DNA of 63,799 bases, the filler included, from Atractiella rhizophila (taxonomy: Eukaryota), in assembly GCA_021432655.1 (NCBI GenBank). It is 48 parts of 48 records of this genome, joined end to end, with 100 filler letters (N's around TTAATTAATTAA, not from the genome) between each part and the next. Parts side by side here need not be neighbours in the genome. Positions count along the whole stretch, not along the records: positions 12,304 to 13,555 come from MU273055.1; positions 13,656 to 14,907 come from MU273056.1; positions 15,008 to 16,258 come from MU273057.1; positions 16,359 to 17,606 come from MU273058.1; positions 17,707 to 18,953 come from MU273059.1; positions 19,054 to 20,300 come from MU273060.1; positions 20,401 to 21,646 come from MU273061.1; positions 21,747 to 22,989 come from MU273062.1; 40 more parts are not named here. The stretch is one strand, 5' to 3'. This document shows, in pieces, positions 12,204-25,670 of this stretch (its first letter is position 1; each line of letters starts with the position of its first letter). Position numbers and translations under genes: made by a program. The notes under the pieces are model-generated. The model was not told where the DNA came from. It made no database searches and worked only from the letters and a program-made list of their open reading frames with translations.

Positions 12204-12722
12204 NNNNNNNNNNNNNNNNNNNNNNNNNNNNNNNNNNNNNNNNNNNNTTAATTAATTAANNNNNNNNNNNNNNNNNNNNNNNNNNNNNNNNNNNNNNNNN
12301 NNNGAAAACAGAAGCAGACCTTTCTTCAGCTACTCTGTGCACCAGTATCACCATGTGAATCCCTCCCAATTGTTATCGAGCATCCTCCTATTTGTCCTTT
12401 CCATGAGATCCAGCTCAATGCACCCTAGTTCGACATCCCATCCCATCCCTCTCCATGACAGCCTGAGATCCACTAGGAACTCTTCATCGCCATATCCCTC
12501 CATTCGTGCTCGAGCCAGGAAGAAAAAGGCGGAGGAGGATGGGCTACGATCAGCAACACGTGCCGCTTTACGCGTTGATTTCATCGCGACTTCCTGCATC
12601 TCATTGAAGCATAGCACCCGCAAGGATCCTGTGCCTTCATGAAGGGTTCCCTATGCATTGAAAGTCCGACTCAAGATACAACAGGCTCCAGTATCTGAGC
12701 CTCAGCATTCCCGGCTTGAAAG

Positions 12723-13555
12723 GATGGATATCTCAACAACAGACCTCCACGCAATTCCAGCAGGCAACATGAACGATGGAAGTGATGTAGAGATGGAAGT
12801 CGATGGCGATGAGATGATTGTTGGAGAGAGCGTAGAGCTGAGAGAGGAGGTGGAAGTTATTGCATCGATTGCTGAAGATGAGCAGACTTATCACAATCCA
12901 AATCTCTATGAAGCCCCCCAACCTATTGGAGCTGTAGAGCTCACACACGCGACCCCGCTATGGTAAGGATTCTCGCTTGTGATGAAAGTAGCATTAATAT
13001 TTGTTTTAGGTTGCAGCAATGTTCGTGATATCCTCATGGTACTTTACGATGACAACTCCGAGAATCTATCATTTGTTCCTCCAACACATCCAGATGATAT
13101 CCCCAGGCTTAGTGACAAGCAGCAACTTACTTTGGACGAGTTCTGAATCTGGCTCTGAAACAACGAGAAAGAGGCAAGCTATGCAGGCGATCGTTAAAAC
13201 TGGACTTTGCGCAAGCATGAAATGCATACCCTTCCTGAGGCAAAAAAGATGCTCGCTGAGCTCAGCGGCTTGGCCAGAGAGTGGTTGCCTATGTGTGGAG
13301 GCTCTTGTAGCTCCTATCTTGACGAGTATGAGAAGTTGGATAGGCAAGTTAGTTGTTTAGCAAAGAAAGAACTAAAGAAAGACTCAGATGTCCACATTCG
13401 CGCAAAATTAACGGCGGCATTGTACCGTGCAACCGACCTCACTTTTCTCATTCCTTTGGACGATCTGCAATACCAGGCGATTCATCAAGAACAAAGAAGA
13501 AGAGTGAAAAGCATTTTCTCTTCTGCAATCCCCTGCATCGAATTAAGGCAATGTT
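12723..13555 (+). pseudogene. Decayed CACTA/EnSpm (Tnp2-like) transposase fragment
   Basis: An acidic N-terminal region is followed by LSGLAREWLPMCGGSCSSYLDEYEKL, which resembles the fungal Tnp2 'MCxxSCxAYxGxY' motif. In-frame TGA/TAA stops at about 13146-13197. Confidence 0.45.
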
Positions 13556-15007
13556 NNNNNNNNNNNNNNNNNNNNNNNNNNNNNNNNNNNNNNNNNNNNT
13601 TAATTAATTAANNNNNNNNNNNNNNNNNNNNNNNNNNNNNNNNNNNNNNNNNNNNCGTAACCAATTGGGCCAAGGATCGAGCATCGAGGATATCAAACTA
13701 CTTATGTTTCGGTTACTAGGGCAAAATGGGCAACAGCCTTCTCCCCTTTTGCTTTGTGTATTCCTTCGACTAGTATCTGTTCCTCTGACGCAATAATTTG
13801 TATCTTCTTTCATCATCTAGCAATGACCTTGCACATTAGGAGAGGTATACTTGACAGAGATCCTAGTTGGCTAATTCAATATGTGCTAGAGAAAAGCGAA
13901 GCTACGTCTGCAGTAAAGTCAAATCCTTACACAAATTTATTTCTGATCTATGATGATCTTACGGAGCGAGGACCTTTGCAACTTTGAGGGTACGCCCATC
14001 ATGAAGTAGAATATGTGAATCAGTGTGCATAGGTTTGGCTACAAATGTCGTAATCGTCGATTCAGCGGCGCTGTTCTCCACGTCAAAAGCCAGCTCTGTT
14101 CGACCACAATATCATAGCATAACGGCTTAGATGTCACTGGCAGCCAACTAGGCACTTCACATCCAACCAAACAGCCCTCCAATGCTATGCTTTCCTCTCG
14201 ACTTTTTTCAGGTTTGTAAATTGCCTATGAGAGACAGGTAATATGATATAAACTGGGAACAGGAGCGGGGACATCATGTCTCGTTTTTTTCCGGTGAGGC
14301 GGGCAGGTTTTGAGTGAAGAGCCTGGGATCACTGATTGTTGAAGCAACTTATAGTTCCGAGTGTATTGTGGAAAGTTGCCACCATCATCAATTTCAGCCA
14401 TCTTCAAGGGCGACCAGAGTTAATCAATCTATGAAAAGCACCTTCCGGGGAGCCTTCCTCTACTTCCCTCCACACAGTTTCTCTCTCACCTCTCACCAGC
14501 GACCCAGGGCGACACTCCCACCTTTCCTTCCTTTACAAGACGTGGTCCAACTAGATAAGTTATAGTTCGTCGACAATGATTCCTGGAGGGATGTGGAATG
14601 GGGAAATGAAGACTTCGGGACGGGATCTTCAGACAAACTGGTTGTGACTTGCCGTAGGCATCTCACCGCCTGCACCAAACCCTTTCTCCATTTTCGAGCT
14701 CCATGGCATCTAGCCCCAATGTTTCAAATGCAGATCTCCTCCTGCTACCCTCCAAATCTCAACTTCGAATCCTCAATCGATATATAGAAGAACTCCATAC
14801 TTCATCAGTTCTCAAGATATCAAGAAATCCATCGTCCGCCCTCCAAAGACTGCACTTCGCCTGCATCTACATTTCTGAAGCCCTCAAATGAGAGAAGTCC
14901 AAAGGGANNNNNNNNNNNNNNNNNNNNNNNNNNNNNNNNNNNNNNNNNNNNTTAATTAATTAANNNNNNNNNNNNNNNNNNNNNNNNNNNNNNNNNNNNN
15001 NNNNNNN

Positions 15008-16163
15008 CAAATAAACAGAAGCAGAAAACTCACCCATTACAAATTGAGGATTCTTTACTTGATCCTTCCTTCTCAGCTCCTTCTGAGAGACTCCAAGCAT
15101 AAACCCCTTCTCATCAACACAATTCACTTGATCAGCATCCACAATCCCATATTCTTTGCAAGCCTTCCCAGCTCCTCCCACCACTTCTCTAACTCTTGAT
15201 ACGAGATGTTGATACGTTCCTTCCCAATCCGTCGGGCTACTTGATCGGCGAATTCTGGATGGCGTTTCATGAACCCCTCGTACCAGCCGCGACTGCTGAG
15301 ACCATCCACTGATTTTTCCGGGTGGGTCTCTATGTAAAGCTCTTTTGCAAAGTTGATGATGTACTGCTTCGTGACAGGGTAAAAGATCCGTTCGCAGAAG
15401 TTGCATATCTCGACAATTGCGCCATCTTGAGCTGGTGTCAGCTTTTGCCGTGACTGCATGTCTTTGTCCTTTGTCCTTTGTTCGATGACCCTGCAGTCGA
15501 TTCACGAGGCTTTGGTGAGGAACGCTAAATGTTCTCGCTATGGCAGTAACATCAATTAGAAACTGCTTTCCCTTGTTCTTGGCCTGTCTCTTGATGTAGG
15601 CAGGGGTGTCTTGAATGAGCTGTTGAGCATAGGTTTTGGATTTGTTGAGAGCTTTAGTCTTCACTTTTCGAGATTTGGGAGGTTGTTTTGGTCTGGTCAT
15701 AACTTAAGAGCTGGTTTTATGATACTGAGGGGCTCCTGAGGGCTGAAGGGATGCTGGATGAGCTATTGTGATGGAGGAGGGAGCAGTGACGCAATGCGCA
15801 TGAGCATGTCACAGTCAGGTGAATCAAGGTTCACCCCTGGAAACTTGCAGGGCCGAGTTAGTGCTGGGGTAGGGAAGGGTTAGTATACTTAGTGGTCGGT
15901 TAGTCCAGTGTGCTAGAGTCGTAAGTGCTGTCAATTTGCTCGAGGATTGTCGAGGGGCCATTGAAATATTGACAAGTACATAGGGGGACACTTGACAAAG
16001 TAACAACTCGGTCTCCCTGTCCCCTCGAAGCACCACTTCTATGGAAAGAATGGAGGAGAGATAGAATTCCGTATGGAAGGGTTGACTCAGTGAGGGAAGG
16101 ACGAGTCTTCAAGCACTCTGTGCATAATTTTGGTGAATAGCTTGCAGAATCTCGGTTAGACTG
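15008..16163 (-). mobile_element. pogo/Fot1-type Tc1-mariner transposon, left part with frameshifted transposase (start codon 15700)
   Basis: HTH (AIARTFSVPHQSLVNRLQG), CENP-B-type HTH (RQKLTPAQD...GWYEGFMKRHP) and the first catalytic Asp (NCVDEKGFMLG), spread over two frameshifts. The terminus reads TA|CAGTCTAACCGAG on the minus strand at 16165-16151. Confidence 0.88.
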
Positions 16164-16358
16164 TATATATCTACCATTATGAAATCCGCATTGGGGAATT
16201 AAAATGACAAACTGAAGTAATATAGTTTGCTAGACGAAGAATACTGCTGCATTGAAGCNNNNNNNNNNNNNNNNNNNNNNNNNNNNNNNNNNNNNNNNNN
16301 NNTTAATTAATTAANNNNNNNNNNNNNNNNNNNNNNNNNNNNNNNNNNNNNNNNNNNN

Positions 16359-17273
16359 TAGAAGCGCTCCTTTCGTTCCTCAAGGACAGTAAAATCCCAG
16401 TTTCTGGCGTCAACATCGGGCCCGTTTATAAGAAGGACGTCATGCGCGCCGCAACCATGTTAGAAAGAGCCAAGGAGTATGCAGTCATGCTGTGTTTCGA
16501 TGTCGTTGTGGATAAAGAAGCCGAGAAGCTGGCGGAAGAGATGGGTGTGACCATTTTCAGCGGTTCGTCTTTCGCCCCTTGAATGTTGTCACTGAACATT
16601 GGTCTGCAGCAAAGATCATATATCACTTATTCGACTCCTTCACGGCGTATATGGCCAAAATTCAAGAGGCAAAGCGTGCCGACGCCGCTCCTAAAGCTGT
16701 TTGGCCCTGCCGGCTGAGGACGATTGCAGTTTTTGCGAAGCGAGATCGTCCGTCTCTGCGTTAACTCACAGACAGATGCTGACTATCGGTTGCAGCTATC
16801 ATCCTGGGCTGCGAGATCCTCGAGGGATCATTGCGCGTAGGAACGCCAATATGCGTTGTGAAGGTCACTGATCTACCTGACGGTACGAAGAAGAAAGAAA
16901 CCGTCTCCCTGGGGAAGGTGTACGCCGCAACACCGATTCCAAGCCTGAGTGCTGATTTGCATTGTGTAGTACATCATTGGAGATCAATCACCGGCCGATG
17001 CAAACTGTCAAGCAATCACAGTCTGGAGCAGGGGTGGCCGTGAAAATAGAGCATGCGAGTTATGAGAGTGCCAAAATGTTCGGAAGGCATTTTGATGACA
17101 AAGATGAATTGCTTTCGATGATCTCGAGGACCTCAATCGACGTCTTGAAGTCAGAATTTAGAGACCAGGTTGATCGAGTACGTTTTCGTATCCCCACTCT
17201 CGTATTCTAACACATGAATTAGGATGACTGGGTCCTGATCAAGAAGTTAAAAATTGCACTGAATATTCCCTGA
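16359..17273 (+). CDS. FUN12: Translation initiation factor eIF5B, C-terminal part, 5 exons
   Basis: [24 protein letters not shown]...IIYHLFDSF...PCRL...GVAVKIE...MFGRHFD...SRTSIDVLK...[10 protein letters not shown], with four ~45-55 nt introns. Confidence 0.97.
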
Positions 17274-19053
17274 ACTGAAACAAAGCTTTATCTTGGTTCC
17301 TTGTTTCTATATGCTTTGAACATGTTCATAACCCTGTCATCTAGTCTATATAAATATACAGATACCGGAACAACTCACTTGCACAGCCTTGCCCACCAAG
17401 AAAGTATGCATTTGCCGCTGCAGGCCTCAAGTCACTCTCCGTCCAAAAGGCTTTCGTCACAATCACAATTCTTAATAAAGGCAGGGGCTGAGGTGAGGGA
17501 TCAAGGGTGAATCGGGGAACTACATGTGGTTACCATTGGATACCTCTTTGCATGTATAATGATTTCCTGGTAGTGAGAGTAAGAGTGAATGGAGTGGCCA
17601 CAAGAGNNNNNNNNNNNNNNNNNNNNNNNNNNNNNNNNNNNNNNNNNNNNTTAATTAATTAANNNNNNNNNNNNNNNNNNNNNNNNNNNNNNNNNNNNNN
17701 NNNNNNAAGGGTGCACTTTCAATCTTAGTTGAACGGCGGTCAGTTCAGCAATGACTCCAACCCAGTCCATCCTTGAAATGTCCCTTTGATTCGGCGCATT
17801 TATCAAACAATTTGATCCTCAGAATAGGCCTTCATCCAGCGGATGCATTAAGAATGATAGTTGTCATCCGGACTTGTTCATGAGAATGGCCGTTCAAATT
17901 GAGGGGTAGTTTCTCATCCACCGAAATGGCCTTATCCATCAGAAATGACCGATCATTTGATCCAACGAATTTCTTCGAATGGCCTAAGTCACAGTTGTCA
18001 ATATTCGTGCGTCTCGTGTGCGACGTGAGAGAAGTTGGCCTTTGAACGCTCCGCTTCCAAGCAGCCTTCTTACTCAACCTCATGCAATTCCACGAGTTTT
18101 GTGAGAGGTCTCACACGTCGTGACAACGTTTGTTACGAGGACTTCTCGCATGCTCTCTTCTGGCACACGGACACCTTACTGGTCATCATAAATACCGACT
18201 TTATCCCTTCTCACACTTTTTCACCGCTGGGCAATCATCAGACAAAGGGTCCTTCGCGACCCGTGACAAATTCCTCCCCATTAATCCCTACAAAAAATTT
18301 CTGATTTTTTAGAGAATATATGTATGCTTCTTCCCCTTGACCAGGTTAACAAGGGTACAGGCTGTCCTGTAAGTTCTCAAGAAAACCGCACAAATCAAAG
18401 TCCCAAAGGCGAAGAAACCAAAAGTGGATACGTGTAATGGCCACTCGCTTTCACCTACGGCAGCTTCCCACGACACGACTGCGTCTTCCAAATACGATGC
18501 CAATCATGGCGATGTCAAGAATCACGTTAGCGGAAAGGCAGTAGCACGTAGTCTGCAAGTTGACGAAGGGGGTCTAGGTCGAAATCGAAGCCCGAATGCA
18601 CTTTGGTATCAGCGCCAGCAATTTGCTCGACCCAAGGAATAGAGCATCTCCCTCCAGATGACGTCCGTCTAACCGCCGATATTAAGCGAGGTGAATTTTT
18701 GACTGGTCCGCCAAAGCGCCTCCTCTCGCCTCAGCCCCCTCTCCCCACCGGTAGTTATTTGTCGGTCTTGAAATTCTCTAATTCTTTTGCGTGCCCATAT
18801 TAAAGGCGGTACTTAAGTATTTGTCATCTACTCGCTGAGATTACGAAACAACATATTCGCATGACCTCCACTCGGATGGCGTTCTGCATCATTTTCATCC
18901 TTGTCTCCGGCGGAAAGTGCGTAAATCCCTTTCTCGATGGATGTTGTGAAAGGNNNNNNNNNNNNNNNNNNNNNNNNNNNNNNNNNNNNNNNNNNNNTTA
19001 ATTAATTAANNNNNNNNNNNNNNNNNNNNNNNNNNNNNNNNNNNNNNNNNNNN

Positions 19054-20300
19054 TGTGTCTCTCGTCGCCCTCACAGCACAGAACTCAATGCTGGCTATTC
19101 TGCTGCACTTGGTAAGTGTGCTTGCTTGCTCGCAGCGACACCTAACATTAGCCCTGCAGTCACGCTCACTTCCAGAATCTCAAGCCTATTCTCCATCATC
19201 CGCCGTGCTTCTCAACGAGATCTTGAAGGGCCTTATATCACTATCTGTAGCGGCGAGGAACTCGTTCGAGTCTCCCTTGGGGAAGGAGAAGCAATCGTCC
19301 CCTACACGTAAAGGGGGAGGCGCAGAGGCCAGGAAAATACTTACATTCGGAAGTTCTTTAGATGAGAAAGAGAGAAGGAAAGGAAGGGAATCTTGGGGCG
19401 AACCTTTGCATAGAAGGGTCTTGAAGCGGTGGGAAGTGGGACGGTGGGACGAGAAGATCTGCCGTTTGAGAGCTGAGATCCTCAGGTGAGTAACCACCTA
19501 CGTCTCTCATCTTGGGTGGCTCAAAGCAATGCCAACGAAGTCAAGACTGCTGGAAACTAGGCGTGCCAGCTATATTATATGTCATACAAAATGTGCGTAG
19601 TATTTTTGGTTCGACTTTCGCTCATAGGTGGCTATAGAATGCATGTGATCATCTATACAGCATTTATGTGCGGCTCATGTTGATATTTTAGCTTCAGTTT
19701 GTTGCGGCTTCAAATCTGGATGTTGCAACTTTCCAGGTAACATACCAACTCAAAGTGTGCCTCACTTGTCGTATCATTTAAAGCCAGAACTAATCTCTGG
19801 CGCAAGATTTTAACCACGGCTCTGTGTTCCGTCTTAATGCTCAAAAAGCAACTGTCGCCCACCAAATGGATATCCCTTTTCTTCCTTTCTATCGGGGTAG
19901 CCATAGTTCAACTTGCCTCCGTCTCCTCCGCCCCAGCAAGCTCCCAACACCAGATGAATCCTCTCATAGGATTCTCTGCCGTTCTCCTCGCCTGTTTTAC
20001 GTCAGGACTAGCGGGCGTATACTTCGAGAAGGTTCTGAAGGGCTCGAAAGTCGACTTGTGGGTTCGGAACGTTCAGCTATCTCTCTTCTCCCTCCTTCCA
20101 GCTATCACGCCGGCCCTTTTGGAGCTGGGTAGCCCAACTCGCCAACCGTTGTTCAAAAACTTTGGCTTTTCAGCCTGGAGCGTGGTTATTTGCCAGGTTC
20201 TGGGAGGACTAATCACCGCTCTCGTCATCAAATACGCCGACAACATCCTGAAAGGTTTTGCAACATCTCTCAGCATCGTCCTGTCCTTCATAGCTGGCGC
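19054..20300 (+). CDS. Golgi nucleotide-sugar (UDP-galactose-type, SLC35A) transporter, partial
   Basis: SSAVLLNEILKG, VPAILYVIQN, ATFQVTYQLK|ILTTA, SGLAGVYFEKVLK, WVRNVQLS and VIKYADNILKGFATS. Confidence 0.95.
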
Positions 20301-21746
20301 NNNNNNNNNNNNNNNNNNNNNNNNNNNNNNNNNNNNNNNNNNNNTTAATTAATTAANNNNNNNNNNNNNNNNNNNNNNNNNNNNNNNNNNNNNNNNNNNN
20401 CTTCTTCCTTCTTTTCCTCATTCCATTCATGCTTTCTTCTGAGAACTCTTCTCTTCTTTCGAAGGAAGATTTGGCCATGTTTGTGGCCTCGGACACGCGG
20501 CGCCGGACATAGACCAGTTTCCCCACAGCACAAAACTGGGCAAACTGGTCGCCCCCGGGGGTTTGCGCAAGCGGCTGGAGGCCGCAAGCAAAAAAATGGC
20601 AAAAAAATGGTTTTGCGCTTCAATTTTAAGAAAATTTGCAGGTCAAAACTGATAGGCCAGTTTTATCGCCGACCAACTCCGACCCCTTGGGCGACGAGTC
20701 TGGTGGATGAGCCATTTTACTGATCTGGGGACATTGTGGGATGACAAGACTAGAATGCAATATTGACGACATCAATAGAGAGATGGGTTATGGAAATGGG
20801 CAACCACAGACTTGATATCTTATGACATTTGAAGCTTGCCTCATTTTTGCATTTGAGGTCTTTGTTTGGGTGAATGCAAGTGGTTACGTCGGCATGCCTC
20901 AAAAGCTGTGATACCCTCTTCCAATCGTTTTAGTATCGGTGCGGTGAGCAGATCGTATCATACGAAACATGCAAGTAGCATTCTGTCCTCTAATACAGAA
21001 CGTGTCTTTACATCAAGTTTCTAAGACCAAACAAGAAAAATTCAAATCCTAATGAGAATTGTTATTGTTGATTGATCTCAACGTGGCTCTGCGAAGCTGA
21101 TGTAGATGACATCTCCAAAAGTCAACATCACTTCCCCTCGCAAAAAAAAATGTGACAGAACAAGTTGCTTAATTGTGAGGGAAGGGACTCTGACTCTGAC
21201 ATCGTGTTGGTTAAAGGAAGGAAGGATAGGTGGGAAATCAATGAAACCGAGAATCAACAAGCACCAAAAAAAGTCAAGCTTCCCAGGCCAATCCGAAATG
21301 GCATGGTGCGAGGTTAATGCGTTAAAGTCAATCGAGTTCATAACCATGGATGAGTTCTTGTGGGGAACATGTTGGACACTGGTGGACACAGTCAATGGAG
21401 GAGAATCGTGGAAATGGAACCCACCTTCAGTGTCCCACTCTATCTCGACACCTGGTCTCTGACACGCTTCTATGAAAGGTTCAAGCTGTTCCTTCGAAAA
21501 CAAGTCACACCGTCGCTCTACAGAAAGTCTGATCAACCTGAGGTGTTTGAAGCTTCCCTTGCTATCCCTTTCATGCGATCAGAGAGGAGGGTGGGGTTAT
21601 GATTATCGAACCTGACGAGTTCCCTTAACTTTGGAGCATGGGCAATNNNNNNNNNNNNNNNNNNNNNNNNNNNNNNNNNNNNNNNNNNNNTTAATTAATT
21701 AANNNNNNNNNNNNNNNNNNNNNNNNNNNNNNNNNNNNNNNNNNNN

Positions 21747-22670
21747 CTCCATCCCGTACAATATCCTCTACCTTCGTTTTATCGAGGATCTCCAGTTCAA
21801 CATTGCCGCTGTTCTCTCTCCCGGAAAGAAAGGACAAAAGTCCACGTTGAAGATTCAAGTTCTCTACTAGTGTGGCCATTGGTTCATTCCCAGAATTAAA
21901 TTCGATGAGAGCGTCGGTAACCCCGTCTGATACCTGAGAAACAATTGGTTAGACCTTCGCGCACGCTTTTTGGAAGCAGAAAACGACTGTGCGCGAATAA
22001 ACCGAATAGATATTTCTTTCAATGGAACATTCTTCATCATATCATGCCAAATGTATGGCTGCTGTTGGGGGTACATCTACCTTAAAGAATGACAGGAGCC
22101 ACTAGACATGGTAAGGAATGCAAAGGCTTGGTCCTTGGTCCTCAAACGAATCATGAAAGAATCAAAAACAGAAATGACAGAAGACAAGAAATTTGAAGAA
22201 AGGAAGAACATACCACCATATCCTTCATCGGCCACGCCCTCTCTCTCCGCACATGATCCCACCCCCCAAACCCCTCCAAAAAAGCCTTCGAGTCCGCCGT
22301 AATACTGCTCACTCGATTCGAATACTCGCCGACTCCCAACCTACTAGGATTGGGGAAAGAACGAATGTGCTCAAAATCCGCGCCGTCGAGGAGAGTGATT
22401 TTCCTAACGTATGAAGAGGTGATGGCCGGGTTGGCCACTAAAGCCCCATATCAGACATCCCGTTCCTTAGGTATCAAAGGGGGGTGGAAGGCGAGAGAAA
22501 TACGAACCCAGAGCAGAAGCCAGTGAAAGGCCAGCCGGACCCCCACCCACGATCACTATGTCATGATTTTCGGGTGTGGTAGCTGCAGTTGCTATCCCAC
22601 GCACACGAAGGCGCCCTGAGCGAAGAAGGAGAGGGAGACAGCGTGGACTGGAGAGGAGACGAGGTTGCAT
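21747..22670 (-). CDS. COQ6: Ubiquinone biosynthesis FAD monooxygenase Coq6, 5' part
   Basis: Mitochondrial-type leader, DIVIVGGGPAGLSLA, YSNRVSSIT and MATLVENLNLQRGLL. The second intron is 21934-22213. Confidence 0.93.
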
Positions 22671-23089
22671 AGTTTGGGGTATCACGTGATTAGAATACTC
22701 AAAGTGTTTACCTTTGAAAATGCTGTTCGATCATCCTGGATCAGGCTCTCGCACAAGGATAGGGATATTACATATAAAAACAAATGACGTTTTCACTATG
22801 GAACATTTTACTGATGTACTATACAAGTTGCCTTGGCGTTAATTGTGTCACCCGAAAATCGAAGTACATTCATTTCCTGCCCAAAACAACCAACGTCAAG
22901 CAGATCGACTCCATGGCTCCAATTACAATAAACAGCAACGGCCAACTCACCTAAATTTGTCTCATTCCTCCATTGTGCTCGCCCACGTCNNNNNNNNNNN
23001 NNNNNNNNNNNNNNNNNNNNNNNNNNNNNNNNNTTAATTAATTAANNNNNNNNNNNNNNNNNNNNNNNNNNNNNNNNNNNNNNNNNNNN

Positions 23090-23781
23090 GCGATCTGTAA
23101 ACCAGGAGTGCCGTATTCACAGCTCGGAAAAGTCATTGAAGGCATCGCTAATCGGGAAGGAATGGGCACCAATCGACGGTATTGTGGACATGGGATAAAT
23201 CAGCTCTTCCATTGCACACCAAACGTCCCAGTACGCTTTTTTTCCATTTACCTCTCCCTCTGAAGATTGCTGAGTTGAGATTATGTAGCATTATGCTGCT
23301 AATAAAGCGCCTTATGTCATGAAACCAGGTGAGGATCTCATCGTCCTTGCTTCATTGTTTGTTAAAATCTTAATTTTCAGGAAATGTGCGCTTGAACTTA
23401 TTATGATTACTTCGCTTCCTCACTCCGTTGCCCTCCAGACGTTCACAATCGAGCCGATGATCACATTGGGCGACCACAGAGACAAACATTGGCCGGACAA
23501 TGTACGCAACCGCTTTCTTCGTCGGGACATTTACTAACAAAACGGCACAGTGGACCGCAGTGACACGGGTGCGTAGAATCTACCTGAATCACTATTGCTC
23601 TGACAATTCGGGGACATAGGACGGAAGTCACTCTGCCCAGTTCGAAGAAACGCTGCTCATTACGGAAGACGGCGTGGAGGTTCTTACGGCGAAGCCTGGG
23701 TGGAAGTTGGGAGACGGCTGGCGAAACACTTCGCAGAAAGCACCGGAAGCAAGCGGGTCAGGGAGTCAGAATGGTGCGTAG
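23090..23781 (+). CDS. MAP1: Methionine aminopeptidase 1, 3' part
   Basis: YCGHGINQLFHCTPNVP|HYA..MKPG|TFTIEPMI..WPDN|WTAVTR|DGSHSAQFEETLLITEDGVEVLT, spread over several small exons. Confidence 0.95.
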
Positions 23782-24202
23782 GCATTCGGCATTCTAGTAA
23801 TAGCTATCTTTTTTCGTTCTTATCTCGTTGGAAGACCTGCCTCCATGATGCATATGCGACCATTGATGTCACGACTTGACAAACTGGATCGTCGTACCCC
23901 ACTTCTTGCTAGGAGACTTCCTGTTTCCCCTTCCACTTTGCCGCTCAAGTGTCCTGTTGTTGTCTCCGACCATCTTCACGCGAATCAAGGCATGGATCAA
24001 ATTGCAGCGAAACGTGACTTGAGACTTGCCTCATGGAAGAGCAGGGGATAGGCGTTGCTCATCGCCTTTGCTTCTCCGTTCAGCTGAGTCATCGGAGGAG
24101 GATAAAAGCTACCGTGAAGAAAAGTTCGAAGCTCCTCAAGCTAGACTTGCCTGAGTGTTCAGATCTTTCCATACCTTCAGTGCCTCGATAGATTTTCCCT
24201 CG

Positions 24203-24330
24203 ATGGATTCCACACCATCCACCCCAACCGTCCTAGCAGACCCGACCTATCGGGTCCTAGATTCACCCTCTGTCGACTCCCTCATCTTCAAACACTGCCT
24301 CGCCATACGGGTCAAAGTGTTCGTAGACGA
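24203..24330 (+). CDS. GNAT acetyltransferase (ElaA/YjcF-like), N-terminus
   Basis: MDST...KHCLAIRVKVFVD(E) resembles the 'xIRxxVFVxEQ' motif. It is truncated by the contig end. Confidence 0.5.
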
Positions 24331-25185
24331 NNNNNNNNNNNNNNNNNNNNNNNNNNNNNNNNNNNNNNNNNNNNTTAATTAATTAANNNNNNNNNNNNNN
24401 NNNNNNNNNNNNNNNNNNNNNNNNNNNNNNCAACGACCACACAACCTGTTTCTGTATTTGACACTCACTCCAGGACTCCAAACCGGCTACTAGCTACCTG
24501 CCAGCCCAGACTTGCCACCAAACTAAACCCTGCTCCCAGACGCGTATTTTGACTCTGTCAATATCAACCTTGAACATTGACCTAACGAAATGCATCATTA
24601 CTGTCACTCTGCACCTTGTTCAAGATATCTCTGCCCCTGCAATTGCAGCGCACTACAGGAAATCTACTCACCCTCCAGACCTATTGATGATCCTTCCAAC
24701 ACTCCCAACCTTAAACCTTTACAGCTTCAGTATCACGATTAGCAGCAGTAGTTCGGGAAGTGGGAAGTGAAGTGCCTGTCTCTTTGACGGAGGAAGAATG
24801 AAAGTGCCTCATTGCGGAGTGAGAGATGCACGGGAAATTTGTCAATGGGAAGTTTAACAGATCAATGTGGACAAGTTTCTGGACATATTAACACGGGTTC
24901 CAACGAAGTGTGAGGCATGTCGAGGTGATCTTTTGAACTAGTACAGGTGGATTGTCATTCAATCCAGCCTGCTATTACCAGCTGAATGATGCCAAGTAGT
25001 ATTTCCCTCGTGTCTGTAAATAAAACAGTACAACCAAACAATCAAATTCAACAACTTATTGCGTATTTTGAAGGTGTTAGGACGGGATGACACAGATATC
25101 CTCACATAGCAAGCCAAACATCATGGTAACCAAGCAACAATCCAAGAGGCTCATCGACGTCGACAGAACGAACCGAGAAAGCAAG

Positions 25186-25670
25186 CTAATCGCCAGCCCG
25201 ACCGTGTACGGTGGCGATCCACCACTCCTCTTTCCCTCCACCATTCACCGGTGTCGGTAACACGTACTCCTGTATCTCTCCCGCCTTGAGGAGAGCCCTT
25301 ATGGCGCGATTGAACATATTCACTATCTTTCGATCCTCCACGTCAGGAAGTGGTGGATCATCCTCCGCTCCTCCGCCGCTAAGTGCTTTGGGTATCGAAT
25401 GAGGAGGGAAGATGGTTGTGCTGGTCGTATTCGGGGAAGCGAAAGAGGGAGGGAGGGGGAAGGTGGTGTTGGTAGCGGCGGAGAGGGAAGTGGAGTTGTA
25501 AATGGCGCCAGAGGGATGATTAGGATCGAGTACCAGATTCTGGGTCCTCCCAACCGCCACCACCGCTTGACTCGGACTGAGGACTGCGCCTCTCTTGTTC
25601 TCCATCTCCCTCTCCCTTCCCTTAACCATCTCCTTCGCGACCAACCGCCTCGCTAAGCCCCAAAGCTCCC
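25186..25670 (-). CDS. Hypothetical protein C-terminus, possibly Stn1-like winged helix
   Basis: The frame is open to the contig end. ELWGLARRLV...KIVNMFNRAIRALLKAGEI recalls basidiomycete Stn1 C-termini, from memory only. Confidence 0.3.

Noticed and set aside
13141..13200. In-frame TGA codons as possible selenocysteine or recoding
   Set aside because: They occur in TE remnants alongside TAA/TAG stops and frameshifts, and housekeeping genes here use TGA as stop. CGA>TGA decay explains them.
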